Part shown: positions 9,545 through 18,416 of the stretch, piece by piece
Layout: each line of letters opens with the position of its first letter
Position numbering within the stretch: position 1 is the first letter of the stretch
NCBI GenBank assembly: GCA_018895235.1
Contig: JAHIOM010000013.1
Location: forward strand, 6,527 to 70,526
DNA length: 64,000 nucleotides
From: Patescibacteria group bacterium
GTDB lineage: Bacteria; Patescibacteriota; Minisyncoccia; Minisyncoccales; Staskawiczbacteraceae
Direction of reading: 5' to 3'
Notes under the pieces: generated by a model
The model's database searches: none
What the model saw: only the letters and a program-made list of their open reading frames with translations
Told to the model about the DNA's origin: nothing
Translations under genes and position numbers: made by a program

Positions 9545-10471
9545 ATGTCAGACGAAGTTGGTTATTTGGGACCCGGCACAGTAAGCTGGGGCTATATTGC
9601 TGCTGAAAAGTATTTTAATGGACAAGATGTCAAATTCACTACCCTTAAAACTCACCCCGACATTTGCAAGGCCGTTGCCGAAGAAAAAATTTCTCTGGGC
9701 GTCGTTGCCGTTGAAAATGTTTTAGATGGCGTAATCAGCGAAACGGTTCGGGCGGTTAAAGAACTGCACGAAGACGGAATCCGCATCTGCGGAGAGATTG
9801 AAATCCCCATCAGACATTTTCTCTTTAGAAATCCGAACAATGATGGTGCTGTTAAAATTGTCGCCTCCCACCAATCGGCTATAAGACAATGCAGCCGAGT
9901 AATGGGCCAGCTCCGACAATTAGGCATCACAACTCAAGCTGTTGATACAACTGCAGCGGCTGCCGAACTCTCCAGTAAGAATCCGGAATATCTGGCAATC
10001 TGTTCCGATAAGGCCGAAGGAGAATTCGGTCTTGTCCGAACAATAAAGATTGGCCAGACCAGTCTTAAGAATCCTTGGGAAAGACCCGAGAGGTTTCTTG
10101 TTTCGGAAGATCATATCGGCGACAATTACTGTAATTTCACAAGATTTTGGGTTGTCGGCACGAAGAAAACTACGTCAACTGGCAAAGACAAAACCTGTTT
10201 CCTCGTAGGATTAGACCAATCTGTTTCCGGCGGTCTTTGCAAGGTTTTGAGGTGTTTTGCCGAACGTAAACTCAATCTTCTAATCGTTTTGCCTATTCCT
10301 ATTTTCGGAAGAAAGTGGGAATATAATTTCCTTTTGGAATATTCCGGCCACATCCGTGACCAGGTAATGCAAGACGCCTACGAAGAATTGAAGGGTTGCG
10401 GAGCCTGCATTGACGGACCTACGGTTTTCGGTTCGTACCCTGTCGGTTCATATCCCGGCATCCTCAGTTAA
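9545..10471 (+). CDS. pheA: Prephenate dehydratase with ACT domain
   Basis: YLGPGT, VAVEN..DG, SHQSAIRQC, NFTRF, ACT-like C-terminus ending FGSYP. Confidence 0.85.
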   Translation: MSDEVGYLGPGTVSWGYIAAEKYFNGQDVKFTTLKTHPDICKAVAEEKISLGVVAVENVLDGVISETVRAVKELHEDGIRICGEIEIPIRHFLFRNPNNDGAVKIVASHQSAIRQCSRVMGQLRQLGITTQAVDTTAAAAELSSKNPEYLAICSDKAEGEFGLVRTIKIGQTSLKNPWERPERFLVSEDHIGDNYCNFTRFWVVGTKKTTSTGKDKTCFLVGLDQSVSGGLCKVLRCFAERKLNLLIVLPIPIFGRKWEYNFLLEYSGHIRDQVMQDAYEELKGCGACIDGPTVFGSYPVGSYPGILS

Positions 10472-10490
10472 TTGAAAAAATCAAAAAACT

Positions 10491-10573
10491 GGGTAGGTGC
10501 CCGAGTGGTTTAAGGGGGCGGTCTGTAAAACCGTTGGCCAACGCCTTCGTGGGTTCGAATCCCACCCTACCCA
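10491..10573 (+). tRNA. tRNA-Tyr(GTA)
   Basis: Acceptor GGGTAGG/CCTACCC, anticodon arm GCGGT-CTGTAAA-ACCGT, long variable arm, GGTTCGAATCC; CCA not encoded. Confidence 0.95.
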
Positions 10574-10593
10574 GTTCTTTTCAAAATCAAATG

Positions 10594-10626
10594 AAAAGCC
10601 CCAATCGTGAGATTGGGGCTATTTTA
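10594..10626. terminator. Bidirectional intrinsic terminator
   Basis: AAAAGCCCCAATC-gtga-GATTGGGGCTATTTT between convergent units. Confidence 0.8.
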
Positions 10627-11769
10627 TTAGAACATCTTTGGAGCAGCAAGGGCTTTCAATGTTTTGTCTATTCTATCTAATGCTTCTTTCAATGTGTCGA
10701 TAGACACTGCCGCGTAAGATATCCTTAAAAAATTATTATATGGACCAAAGGCTATACCAGGAGTTACGGCTACCTTGGTTTGATCTAACAACAAATTTGC
10801 TAAAGACATGGATGGCATCTCATAGCGAGAAAAATCAGGGAAAACATAGAAAGCTCCCATTGGTTTTGGATATGGGATGTCTCTTTTATCCAACCAAGAC
10901 ATAAGAAGTTGTCTACGTTGGTCAAGCGTCTCTATCATAAATTTTTCTGTATCATTATCGAGGATAGCTGTGGCTGCTTTCTGAGAAATGGCGCAGGGAC
11001 ATCCTACTGCCATTTCCAAATATAGTTGTATCTTTCCCACTACTTCTTCAGACCCCATAAGATACCCTATCCGCCAGCCAGTCATTACAAAGGATTTGGA
11101 ACAAGAACGAATAGTTATTGTTCTTTCTGCCATATTGGGTAGGCTGGCAATGCTAACACATCTGCCGCCGAAAACAATATTACAGTATGATTCATCAGTT
11201 ACGACCCACAAATGCTGGTCTAAGTCTTTTAGTTCCGCCCAATCCCAAATCATTCCAGTCGGATTATTCGGAGAGTTTAAGATAATCCCCCTTGTATTGC
11301 TTGTGATTAATTCTTTTATACGCTGACCCCTAAGTATAAACCCATCTTTACTAGTATCGACCAATACTGGTTTTGCTCCAAGATCTTTTACAAGATCCCA
11401 GAAAGGCGGATAGTAGGGCCCGGGGATCAGGATCTCGTCCTCGGGGTTGCAAAGAGCCCATAGGCTGGCTGCGATCAAGGGCTTAGCTCCTGGACCAATT
11501 ATTGTGTTGTTAAAACTAGCAGAAGATATTCCGCTTCTTTGGAAATCAACTACCGCTGCTTTTCTTAAATCTGCAATGCCTGATGCTGGAGTATATCCAG
11601 TAAAATTGTTCTTAATCGCCTCTATGCCCTTTTCTTTAATAAACGATGGGGTTTGAAAGTTTGTTTCGCCCACTTCTAGAGAAATTGCGCCTTCTACTGT
11701 TTTGGCTTTTTTGAAGAATTCTTGCAAAGGAGACGGCTGAAGAATTACTGCTCTGGTCGCAAGTTGCAT
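10627..11769 (-). CDS. Class I/II PLP aminotransferase (aspartate/aromatic type)
   Basis: NSPNNPTG, DESY, SCSKSFVMTGWRIGY. Confidence 0.9.
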   Translation of the reverse strand: MQLATRAVILQPSPLQEFFKKAKTVEGAISLEVGETNFQTPSFIKEKGIEAIKNNFTGYTPASGIADLRKAAVVDFQRSGISSASFNNTIIGPGAKPLIAASLWALCNPEDEILIPGPYYPPFWDLVKDLGAKPVLVDTSKDGFILRGQRIKELITSNTRGIILNSPNNPTGMIWDWAELKDLDQHLWVVTDESYCNIVFGGRCVSIASLPNMAERTITIRSCSKSFVMTGWRIGYLMGSEEVVGKIQLYLEMAVGCPCAISQKAATAILDNDTEKFMIETLDQRRQLLMSWLDKRDIPYPKPMGAFYVFPDFSRYEMPSMSLANLLLDQTKVAVTPGIAFGPYNNFLRISYAAVSIDTLKEALDRIDKTLKALAAPKMF

Positions 11770-11783
11770 TTCTTGCTCCTTTC

Positions 11784-12524
11784 TTATTTGTTTTTCAATG
11801 TGCTTAACTTTTTATCAATTTCAATCGCTTTTTTAATAAACTGTTTCCTTACTTCTTTTGTAAATCTGTTGCGGTTCTGCATATCATAAAATAGCTGTTC
11901 AGAATCATTGCTGACAATTCTGCCTATTTCCCTCAATTTCTCAAATGTCATTGTTGTGATATCAAGTTTTGGAATATCCATATTCGCAAATGCACGGCCT
12001 ATAAAATAGACCAAAGCAAGCGACATCGCATTCTGCCTGTCGTGCTCTTTGGGAGACATCTCTATTATTTTCAACCCTAATTTCTTGAATATCTTCTTAA
12101 TTTTTTCAAAGTTTTTCTTTGCAGCTCTAAGATTATAGAAAACTATTTGTAATCCTTTTAATCCTTTCTTTGCGCTGTCTGGCCCAAACATTGGATGACA
12201 GGAAATGATTTCTACGTCTTTATCTAAATGTTTCAACATCAGCTTTGCTGAGTATTCTTTCACAGAACAAATATCCATAATTATTTGACCCTTCTTAATC
12301 TTGTCTTGTATTTTTAATAGAACACTCTCTACCTCTGAAATTGGAATACATAAAACAATAATCTCTTGTCTACAAACCTCGTCTATGTTGCAGAAATTAA
12401 CGCCAATTTCTTTGGCTATGTTTAGTTTATTTTGTTTATCCGTAACTTTTATATTATGTTCTTTTGGCAAAATCCTGGCTAATAGATGCCCGAATCTGCC
12501 AAATCCTATAATGCCTATTTTCAT
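11784..12524 (-). CDS. tyrA: Prephenate/arogenate dehydrogenase
   Basis: GIIGFGRFG, DICSVK, HPMFGP, EHD. Confidence 0.85.
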   Translation of the reverse strand: MKIGIIGFGRFGHLLARILPKEHNIKVTDKQNKLNIAKEIGVNFCNIDEVCRQEIIVLCIPISEVESVLLKIQDKIKKGQIIMDICSVKEYSAKLMLKHLDKDVEIISCHPMFGPDSAKKGLKGLQIVFYNLRAAKKNFEKIKKIFKKLGLKIIEMSPKEHDRQNAMSLALVYFIGRAFANMDIPKLDITTMTFEKLREIGRIVSNDSEQLFYDMQNRNRFTKEVRKQFIKKAIEIDKKLSTLKNK

Positions 12525-12604
12525 ATGTTATAACTATAACAATTTATTTAAAAAAATCAAGATCAAAGAAAAGCCCCGAACTTTGCAGTCGGGGCATTAA
12601 TGAG

Positions 12605-13498
12605 CTACTCGAAAATATGGTCGATAATCTGCTGGACTTTTTGGGGGACCGAACCTTTGTCCAAAGGATGATGGACCAAGCGCTCGTAAAGGCGGCAGAT
12701 TGCGGCAAAGTAATTTGCTGCGCCATTTACGACATCTCCTCTCAAATGCTGGGTAGCCCGATTAAACTTTTCCTCTACCGGCTCTCCATCTCTTAGAATA
12801 ATTCTGTCTTCTTCTGCTATGGCAATATAGGGCGCTACCCTTGTCTTACGATTGAACGCGCGCCCCGCTTTTGTGTAGACAAACGAAAGGGACTTGCCAA
12901 AATATCGGACAAATTTATCATCGTACCATCTTTCGTCAAAAGAGAAATCTGAAGCCGCCCATCCTAGTTTAATCACTACACCATGTTTTACCTGATACCA
13001 TAACATATCTGCCAGTTCCCGTTGGGCATACTCTCCATTACGATTATCTCCGTTTTGAGTATCCACCTGCCGCATAAAAGCGGCATACTCTAGAGAAGAA
13101 TCAAATGAAGATGACCGCAGGATTACAAAATGGCTTAATCCTAATTTCTGTACGACTTTATTCATAACTGTTTCTATTTCGGCGGCTTTCTGCAAAATCG
13201 CCGCATGACTCTCTGGAAGGTTACACAAGGCATGAGTATCAGCGATATGATGAAAGACTTTAGAAAGTCCCAAAGCCGACCTCAGTTTTTCAGCAACCAA
13301 CACCATGGCCAGTATGTCAAAGGGCATACCAATAGTAATAGCGTGACTATTGCAAAGCCCTGTCCCATAGTACAGGGCACCACCCTTGCTATCCCAAAAA
13401 GAATCCGCAATCATTGGTAAAGAAAATTCGTGTTCAATAAGAGGCTCATTCTTGAGTAAGTTGACGAGCTTATCCTTGTCTACCCTAACCTTTTCCAT
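12605..13498 (-). CDS. Hypothetical protein, possible class Ic aaRS-like / CDPS-like Rossmann fold
   Basis: ATG 13498 with SD; LYYGTG, HHIADTHA, EYAQRELAD; no HIGH or KMSKS motif. Confidence 0.55.
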   Translation of the reverse strand: MEKVRVDKDKLVNLLKNEPLIEHEFSLPMIADSFWDSKGGALYYGTGLCNSHAITIGMPFDILAMVLVAEKLRSALGLSKVFHHIADTHALCNLPESHAAILQKAAEIETVMNKVVQKLGLSHFVILRSSSFDSSLEYAAFMRQVDTQNGDNRNGEYAQRELADMLWYQVKHGVVIKLGWAASDFSFDERWYDDKFVRYFGKSLSFVYTKAGRAFNRKTRVAPYIAIAEEDRIILRDGEPVEEKFNRATQHLRGDVVNGAANYFAAICRLYERLVHHPLDKGSVPQKVQQIIDHIFE

Positions 13499-13807
13499 GG
13501 CAATCGATCTCCTTTCTCTGACGGTGGATTCGGTTGTGAAAGAACAAAAAAAACTGGTTTCTACAAACCAGTTCAGGAGTGTCAAATATTATTTATATTA
13601 CCTATTGTTTTAACATTCCAAAACTGGCTTGTATTTTCCCAGCCACGTAGTAATAATAAGAATAATATAAAACGTTAAAACACATAAATCCTATTATTAG
13701 AATATAATCCCAGCCAGAAAGTTTGTCAATACTAAAGAGGCTTAAAAACATTGAATAATTTTAATACTGAGTTAAAATTTAAAATTTTTAATTCAAGTGG
13801 CAGGTCT

Positions 13808-14500
13808 TTAATCTTTTAGTATTTCCCGAACAGTGGCATCGGCAAAAATTTTCATAGTATCATAAATTTTAATTTCCAGGTCTTGTGGGGTTATTAGCTG
13901 CAAATCGGTACATGCCAAGAGAATATTTTTTAAACCCTTTTCTTTAAAAGTGTTTATAATTTCGATTAGTTCTTCTTTGTCCTTATTGCTATGCTTATTC
14001 ATAACTAAATTATAGATTATTTCTCCGATTTTTTTCTGCTGGTGATTATCGGGCAAAACTTGTTTTATGTTATTCTTTAAAAAATAACTTTCGTATATTT
14101 TTTTCTTCAAAGTTATCTCAGTAGATAAAACACCGATATTTGAAATGTTTTTTTCCTTTAAAAATTTTGTCGTTTCTTCGACTATGCTTAACGCCGGGAT
14201 ATTTACAGAATTTCTAATATCTTCAATAAAAACATGCAAAGTATTGCATGGCATCACTAAAAAATCGGCGCCTGCTTTTTCTAATTTTTGAGCAGCTTCT
14301 GTTAAAAGTGGCACGTATCTTTCTTCTCCCATACCCCTTACAATAGCGTCTTCTTCAACGTCATAAGGTAAAGGAATACTGTAAATCAAAATCGGCGGTC
14401 TGTTTGTATTATTTAAATTTTGGCATTGAAGAATCAATTCTGAATAAAATTCAGAGGTTGTCTCTGGTCCCACTCCGCCGATAATACCTACGGTTTTCAT
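13808..14500 (-). CDS. Aspartate/glutamate racemase family protein
   Basis: GIIGGVGP, MPCNTLH, LACTDL (two catalytic Cys). Confidence 0.9.
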   Translation of the reverse strand: MKTVGIIGGVGPETTSEFYSELILQCQNLNNTNRPPILIYSIPLPYDVEEDAIVRGMGEERYVPLLTEAAQKLEKAGADFLVMPCNTLHVFIEDIRNSVNIPALSIVEETTKFLKEKNISNIGVLSTEITLKKKIYESYFLKNNIKQVLPDNHQQKKIGEIIYNLVMNKHSNKDKEELIEIINTFKEKGLKNILLACTDLQLITPQDLEIKIYDTMKIFADATVREILKD

Positions 14501-14657
14501 ATATTTATTTAAAAAATGTTCTTTACTAATAATATTAATATAAGCTATTATACAATAATTTTCATAAAAAATCAGCCAGTTATAAAATCATTAAAAAATA
14601 CTCTTCTCAGTAAAATAAAAGGCCTACTCGAGAGTTCTCTTTCGGCCTATTTTTGTA

Positions 14658-15047
14658 TCAATCGAAATTTAAAAGCTTATATCCTTCCACTATTTTGTCG
14701 TGGGCAGTGGCTTTTAATGTGCTACCTTCCGGCGCTATTCTTTTGATAATTTTCCAGTCATTTAAACTGCTGGCAAGTTCGGCCATCTTCATTAAAGCAA
14801 GCGCTCGCAAATCACTCTTTTGCGGTGCGCGTCTGTAAATAATTCTCCAATTATCAAAATCAATCGGCATTTCTGCTAAAGTGTTGAACGCTCTTTGAGA
14901 AAGCGAATCGTTTGTATCGCAGGCGCAATATATTTCAACTAATTGTTCAAACCTCAATCCGTCCCAAAAATCAGGAGCCAATCGCTCTTGAAATTCGACG
15001 ACTGCTTTTCCAAAACCATTTTGCTTTATTGTTTCTTCGAAGGTCAT
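14658..15047 (-). CDS. Hypothetical helical-repeat protein
   Basis: ATG 15047 with SD AAAGGAG; internal repeat (DFDNWRIIYRRAP / SLNDWKIIKRIAP). Confidence 0.6.
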   Translation of the reverse strand: MTFEETIKQNGFGKAVVEFQERLAPDFWDGLRFEQLVEIYCACDTNDSLSQRAFNTLAEMPIDFDNWRIIYRRAPQKSDLRALALMKMAELASSLNDWKIIKRIAPEGSTLKATAHDKIVEGYKLLNFD

Positions 15048-15130
15048 ATAAACTCCTTTCTTCTGTTGAAAAAGAACCATTGTCACAATTTCATTATTAT
15101 CTTTACCACTAACCTGCAAATTAGTCAATA

Positions 15131-16408
15131 TTACTCGCTTCTTTCCCCTAAAATAACGTCAATATTTATCTCCTCCCCCTTTCTTAAAACCTTAAGGGTT
15201 ATTTTGTCTTCAGGATTATAATCTGCAATAATTTTGGCTAGAGAATTATCTTGGGTGATTTTTTTCCCGCCAAACTCTAAAATAATATCGCCTTCTTTTA
15301 TTCCGGCTTTATCTGCAGCGGAGCCAGGGGTAACAGCTGTTTCGCTGTTTTCTCCTTTTATAACCAAGGCGCCATAGTTAACAGACAAGCTGTTTTTTTC
15401 TTTCAGTTGGTCATCAATTAAAACATATCTAACGCCTAAAAACGGATAAATAATTTTCCCACTTTCTTTAACTTGTTTGATGTCTCTCTTGGCCATATTA
15501 ATAGGTATGGCAAAACCAATGCTTTGAGCTGTTTCGGCTATAGCAGTATTAATACCAATCACTTCGCCTTTTAAATTTAAAAGCGGACCCCCAGAGTTTC
15601 CTTTATTAATTGCCGCGTCTGTTTGAATAATATCTTCTAATATTTCTGAGAAACCGCCCGACCCGGAAGCACTGACTGTTCTTCCTAAACCCGATATTAC
15701 CCCGACTGAAACAGTATTACGAAATTCTCCTAAAGCATTACCAATAGCAATCACTGTCTGGCCAATCTGTAAATTGTCAGAGTCGCCCAGCTTCACAACG
15801 GGAAAGGATTTAGAGTCAACTGCCTCAATTTTAATAATTGCCAAATCTTGAACCGGATCTTTGGCTAAAACTTTAGCTGAATACTTGTTACCGTCATTGG
15901 TAAAAACCGTATAATCTGCTTTATCGTCTAAAACTACATGTTTATTTGTTAGAATCAAACCATCTTCTGAAACAATAAATCCCGTTCCCCCTCCAACCTC
16001 TTGTTTTTCGGTACCTTTTTGGCGATAACCGGGAATTTCAAAAATAAAAGGGCTGTCTTCTCCAAAAGGATTATAAAAATACTCTTCCATTATCGGCACG
16101 TCTTTTGAAATAATAATGCTTACCACTGCCGGTGAATATTTTTTAACTGCGTCGATAATCGCCTCTTCTTGAGAGGTTTGGGACGCGTATTGATTGTTTT
16201 GGTTTAAAGAGGGGCTATTTATATTCAATCCCGGCAAATAATCTTTCAAATCCAAACAAAAATAGGTACTAGAGAAAAACCCGGCCATAAAACCAAAAAA
16301 AGAAGAAATTAAAATTATTATCAAAACAACCCGATAACCACGGTTTTGATAAATCTTTTTGAATGATTTTTTAAGTTTTTTGAAATTAAAAGGCGCTATA
16401 TCGTACAT
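15131..16408 (-). CDS. htrA: HtrA/DegP serine protease with PDZ domain
   Basis: TNKHVV, DLAIIKI, IQTDAAINKGNSGGPL, C-terminal PDZ, N-terminal TM. Confidence 0.92.
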   Translation of the reverse strand: MYDIAPFNFKKLKKSFKKIYQNRGYRVVLIIILISSFFGFMAGFFSSTYFCLDLKDYLPGLNINSPSLNQNNQYASQTSQEEAIIDAVKKYSPAVVSIIISKDVPIMEEYFYNPFGEDSPFIFEIPGYRQKGTEKQEVGGGTGFIVSEDGLILTNKHVVLDDKADYTVFTNDGNKYSAKVLAKDPVQDLAIIKIEAVDSKSFPVVKLGDSDNLQIGQTVIAIGNALGEFRNTVSVGVISGLGRTVSASGSGGFSEILEDIIQTDAAINKGNSGGPLLNLKGEVIGINTAIAETAQSIGFAIPINMAKRDIKQVKESGKIIYPFLGVRYVLIDDQLKEKNSLSVNYGALVIKGENSETAVTPGSAADKAGIKEGDIILEFGGKKITQDNSLAKIIADYNPEDKITLKVLRKGEEINIDVILGERSE

Positions 16409-16697
16409 TTACCCAGTTAAATAAGACTTGAGCCTGTTTTTTAAGAACATCCGACCCAAGTATGTTTTTAAATATTTTTCACGATGAGTGGCATCTTGTT
16501 GATTTAGACACCCCTCAAAGTAAATAAGTTTGAATGGACTTTTATTTTTAGTATATTCCACTTTATTATTTTTATGTTGCTCAAGTCTTAATTTTAAATT
16601 TTTTGTATATCCTTTATACAATTCTTTAGTGTTTTTAAATTGTAAAATATAAATATAATGGAACATATAAAAATTTAAAATTATTTAACCGGGTGAA
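16408..16697 (-). mobile_element. GIY-YIG cassette bounded by 17-bp inverted repeats
   Basis: TTTACCCAGTTAAATAA (16408-16424) / TTATTTAACCGGGTGAA (16681-16697); an empty copy with the same ends lies at 57410-57469. Confidence 0.7.
16409..16666 (-). CDS. Stand-alone GIY-YIG nuclease
   Basis: HYIYIL...YKGYT.NL..RL.QH...LIYFE...A..REKYLK. Confidence 0.85.
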   Translation of the reverse strand: MFHYIYILQFKNTKELYKGYTKNLKLRLEQHKNNKVEYTKNKSPFKLIYFEGCLNQQDATHREKYLKTYLGRMFLKNRLKSYLTG

Positions 16698-16699
16698 CC

Positions 16700-17404
16700 T
16701 TATTTTTTAGAATAATGGTCAAACTTATATTTAAATATATCAGACCTTACCGGACCCCTCAAGATCATATGCAGCTCGCAAAAAAGATATTTTATCGCAG
16801 TCTTTGACCAACCTTCTTTGCGAAGCCGCCTGTCAGAAACAAAAATCTTCGTTGATTTTAAAATACCATATTTGGCTATTTTTTTTGCTCTCCTGGCTAA
16901 ATCATGGTCTTCTGCTAATTTGATTGTTTCGTCATAACCATTAAGGTTTGAAAAAACATCTTTGCGCGTTAAAATCCCCATTGCTGCGTGCGGTAAGGTT
17001 TTTTCTAAAACATAAATGTAATTATTATAAAATAAATTAAAGGCGAGCCGATGGATCTTCTTGCCCTTATATGGTAAAAGGCCAAAAGAAGCAAAATCAA
17101 GTTTTTTATTTTTAAATTCTTCCAGGGTTTTTTCAAAAAAGTTATCAGGCAAAACAGCATCAGCATCCAAAAAGAAAAGCAAATCTCCTTTTGCAACTTT
17201 AGCGCCTTCGTTCCTGCCTTTTGCCGGCAAACCACCCTTAATAACCCGGCAACCATATCGCTTGGCAATTTCTACGGTTTTGTCCATAGAACCAGCATCA
17301 GCCACAATTATTTCATAATCAGAGAAGTTCTGTTTTTTTATTGAATCTAAAAGCAGGGGCAGATATTTTTCTTCGTTTAAGGTTGGAACAATAATAGAAA
17401 TCAT
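16700..17404 (-). CDS. GT2 glycosyltransferase
   Basis: MISIIVPTLNEE, VADAGSMD, FLDAD, EDHDL; start set at ATG 17404. Confidence 0.9.
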   Translation of the reverse strand: MISIIVPTLNEEKYLPLLLDSIKKQNFSDYEIIVADAGSMDKTVEIAKRYGCRVIKGGLPAKGRNEGAKVAKGDLLFFLDADAVLPDNFFEKTLEEFKNKKLDFASFGLLPYKGKKIHRLAFNLFYNNYIYVLEKTLPHAAMGILTRKDVFSNLNGYDETIKLAEDHDLARRAKKIAKYGILKSTKIFVSDRRLRKEGWSKTAIKYLFCELHMILRGPVRSDIFKYKFDHYSKK

Positions 17405-17417
17405 AAAAAAAGTTATT

Positions 17418-18416
17418 TTAGGGTTGAAACAATTTCCGAGCCTCGTTCCATATTTCCGGCTGATTATGTTTTTCTTTGAGCCAATACCACCATTCGGCGC
17501 CCCAAAGATAAAAAGTGTCAAAACCGGTTTTCTTGGCAAACTCAATATTATGCTTAAATTTTTCCAAATTCATTGATTTTTGCTGTTCTTCTATAGGCAA
17601 ATCATATAAAAGTATCGGTCCCCAGGGCTCTGCCTGAAGCTCAACACATTGCACTTCTTTGCCCAATAATGTTTTAACAAGCTGGGCCTTTGACCAATAA
17701 AACAGGGGGGGGAAGGGCACAGAGAAATAAACATTCAATTCTTTCGACCAAACCTTTTTATACATTGTAGTTCCTGCTATGTCTCCGATTTTGGCGGCTT
17801 TCAACCATAAAGAAAACTCTCCTGTATCTGAAATTATAATCGGTCTTTTTTGCAGGTCAAGAGATTTAACCAACTCTACCTCCTTTTTAAGAAAGTTTAT
17901 ATCGGTCTTAGGACATTCTCCAAACGGGAAAAACGGTTCATTCTCAACCTGCCAAGAGATAACAGCATTTGAATCTCTATATTTTAAAACCATTTCTTGA
18001 ATATATTCTAAAACCTCGTTTTCTCTCTCTTCTTTTGATAGGCCTTCTACCCAAGCCGGCATATGGCACTCTGGCCATCGCCCGGTTTTCATACCAATTA
18101 CCATCATTAACTTTACCCCATTTTCTTTTGCTTTTTTAACTTGCCAGTCCACATCGTCAAAAAAATAATCATTTCTTTTACCCTCAACCCAATCCCAATT
18201 AATAATAAGCTTAATATATTTTGCTCCTAAATCTTCAATCAGTGCCAAATATGTATCTTTCCAATCCAGACCCAATCTTTCAGTCTGCATCTGGGAAAAA
18301 TTAACACCCCATAAAATATTCTCGGCTTGAGGCGCCCGACCGATGAAAAAGTACAAAACCAAAAACAAAAATGACAAAACCAAAGCCAAAAGAATTATTT
18401 TCAGCGTTTTTTTCAT
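17418..18416 (-). CDS. Membrane-anchored glycoside hydrolase (clan A TIM-barrel type)
   Basis: N-terminal TM, WQVENEP acid/base motif, ELQAEPW. Confidence 0.7.
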   Translation of the reverse strand: MKKTLKIILLALVLSFLFLVLYFFIGRAPQAENILWGVNFSQMQTERLGLDWKDTYLALIEDLGAKYIKLIINWDWVEGKRNDYFFDDVDWQVKKAKENGVKLMMVIGMKTGRWPECHMPAWVEGLSKEERENEVLEYIQEMVLKYRDSNAVISWQVENEPFFPFGECPKTDINFLKKEVELVKSLDLQKRPIIISDTGEFSLWLKAAKIGDIAGTTMYKKVWSKELNVYFSVPFPPLFYWSKAQLVKTLLGKEVQCVELQAEPWGPILLYDLPIEEQQKSMNLEKFKHNIEFAKKTGFDTFYLWGAEWWYWLKEKHNQPEIWNEARKLFQP

